DNA of 64,000 bases from an uncultured delta proteobacterium (GTDB taxonomy: Bacteria; Myxococcota; Myxococcia; SLRQ01): positions 992,001 through 1,056,000 of the forward strand of contig CAVSGM010000002.1 of assembly GCA_963727485.1 (NCBI GenBank), in the 5' to 3' direction. The notes under the pieces are model-generated. The model did not search any database. It saw only the letters and a program-made list of their open reading frames with translations, and was not told the DNA's origin. How positions within the stretch are numbered: position 1 is the stretch's first letter; each line of letters starts with the position of its first letter. The translations under genes and the position numbers were made by a program. This document shows positions 62,480-64,000 of the stretch, piece by piece.

Positions 62480-64000
62480 ATGGCGAGCCTCGACCCGGAC
62501 ATCCGAATCCTGCTCGCCGCGCCCAGCCCCCGGGTGCGGGCCGCGGTCAAGCGCGTGCTCATCGAGGCGGGGGCGCGGGTGCAGACCGTGGCCGACGGGG
62601 ACGCCGCCGCCCAGGCCTCCGTCGACGCGCCGCCGGACCTGCTCATCACCCTCCTCGACCTGCCGCACATCCGCGGCGGGGAGCTGGCCGCCATCGCCCG
62701 GGCCGCCGCGAGGACCCACCCCCTGCCGGTGGTGTGGCTGCTGCCGGCCTCGGACGCCCGGCCAGCGCCCGAGGGTCCCCTGGACGCGGTCCTGCGCCTC
62801 CCGTTCTCCGCCTCGGCCCTCACCCGGACCTGCCGCGGGCTCCTCGACGCCGCCCGGGCCGATCTCCCCCCGGCCGCCGAGGTCGAGGTGGCCCCGCCCC
62901 GGCCGGCCTGGGAGCGGCCCCTGGCCGGAGAGGTCGCCGACCCGCCGCCGCCGTCGGGCCCGGATCCCGCCGCCCGCCTCGACCTCGACTTCGACGTGGA
63001 CCTCGACACCGAGGACGCCGACGACGCCGACGACGCCGGGGACGACGACGAGATGGAGGTGGTGGAGATCGCCGCCGAGCGCATCGAGCTCCCCCCGGCC
63101 CCGGGATCGGTGGTCGCCGAGGGGCGGCTGGCCGCCGAGCCCCTGGGGCGCCTGCTCGTCGGCGCCATGGAGACCGCCTTCTCCGGGGTGCTGGTGATCG
63201 AGCGGGAGGAGGTGGAGAAGCGCATCCACCTGCGCCACGGCCGGCCGGTCTACTGCGAGTCGAACCTGGTGGTGGAGACCCTCGGGGAGTACCTGGTGCA
63301 CCAGGGCCTCCTCGACCGCGAGGCCCTGGGCCGCGCGGCGCACAAGATGATCGACGACGGCATCCCCCAGGGCGAGGCCCTGGTGGCCCTCGGGGCCATC
63401 ACCCGGGAGGAGCTCGCCGACGCCATGCACTTCCACGTGCGGGAGAAGGTGGTCAACTGCTTCGCCTGGGACGACGCCGCCTACCGCCTGGAGGTGGTGC
63501 CCGGGTCGGCCCAGATGACCCTGGCGGTGGAGATGGTGCCCCTGATGCTCGTCGCCGACGGGATCCGGCGCTTCACCTCGCCCCAGGTGTTCCTCCACTT
63601 CCTCGACGACCACATCCAGGATCACCCGGTCCCGGGCCCGGCGTTTGCCCGCCACGCCGGGGCGCTCGCCGCCCTCGCCGGGGGCCAGCGCCTCGCCCGG
63701 GCGCTCACCGGCCAGGCCACGGTCTCGGAGATCCGCGCCGAGTGCCACCTCGACGACCTCCTCTTCGCCCAGCTCCTGATGTCCCTCGACGCCTGCGGCC
63801 TGGTGGTCCTGGCGAGCGAGCCGGCGAGCACCGAGCTGCCGCTGACCGCCCGCGAGGACGAGCTCATCGGCGAGATGGAGACCCTCGCCGCCCGGCCGGT
63901 GTCCCTCGAGCTCGAGGCGCCGGAGCTCACCCCCGAGCAGGCCGCTGTCCGCGACGAGGTCCTGGAGCACTACATCGCCCTGACCCACGCCGACCCCTTC
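62480..64000 (+). CDS. Pseudo-receiver plus DUF4388-like protein, runs off the window edge
   Basis: Frame open from ATG 62480 to the window end. REC-like N-terminus lacking the acidic pocket, acidic linker, FSGVLVI..KRIHL..G.PVYCESN..ETLGEYL, FAWDDA; ends THADPF. Confidence 0.75.
   Translation, partial: MASLDPDIRILLAAPSPRVRAAVKRVLIEAGARVQTVADGDAAAQASVDAPPDLLITLLDLPHIRGGELAAIARAAARTHPLPVVWLLPASDARPAPEGPLDAVLRLPFSASALTRTCRGLLDAARADLPPAAEVEVAPPRPAWERPLAGEVADPPPPSGPDPAARLDLDFDVDLDTEDADDADDAGDDDEMEVVEIAAERIELPPAPGSVVAEGRLAAEPLGRLLVGAMETAFSGVLVIEREEVEKRIHLRHGRPVYCESNLVVETLGEYLVHQGLLDREALGRAAHKMIDDGIPQGEALVALGAITREELADAMHFHVREKVVNCFAWDDAAYRLEVVPGSAQMTLAVEMVPLMLVADGIRRFTSPQVFLHFLDDHIQDHPVPGPAFARHAGALAALAGGQRLARALTGQATVSEIRAECHLDDLLFAQLLMSLDACGLVVLASEPASTELPLTAREDELIGEMETLAARPVSLELEAPELTPEQAAVRDEVLEHYIALTHADPF

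Overview
A very GC-rich bacterial chromosome segment whose gene content points to Myxococcota (Deltaproteobacteria): a DUF2378-like protein, an FHA-sigma54 activator, a VegA-like protein, a REC-DUF4388 protein, DGG/DAG-linker lipoproteins, an Fo-only atp operon and an mfd-PPIase-PPIase-surA-pdxA cluster. Housekeeping genes are hrcA-grpE-dnaK-dnaJ, gyrA, hemL, atpZ/I/B/E/F, ychF, pdxA, surA, mfd, a stand-alone coaC-like gene, sdhCAB, an M16 peptidase and an SDR. The most interesting uncharacterised blocks are: (1) a five-gene, translationally coupled operon in which every gene is a lipoprotein (VWA/MIDAS, Ig/PKD/YfaP-like, Cys-rich+PPC, IPT/TIG, Cys-rich; 5.7-14.2 kb); (2) a tandemly duplicated pair of miniature MotA/TolQ/ExbB-like 3-TM proteins with no ExbD/MotB partner, back to back with the Fo operon (23.8-25.3 kb); (3) a VegA-like Cys/His protein with a histone H1-like tail; (4) an orphan TadA/CpaF ATPase; (5) a 1467-aa PKD/invasin/propeller lipoprotein; (6) a K+-channel-fold protein lacking the GYG filter. 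About ten single-base indels split otherwise intact genes, three of them at the same AGATC motif, and these are most likely long-read consensus errors. I found no rRNA, tRNA, CRISPR array, IS element or prophage. All family assignments come from reading motifs by eye; no database search was run.
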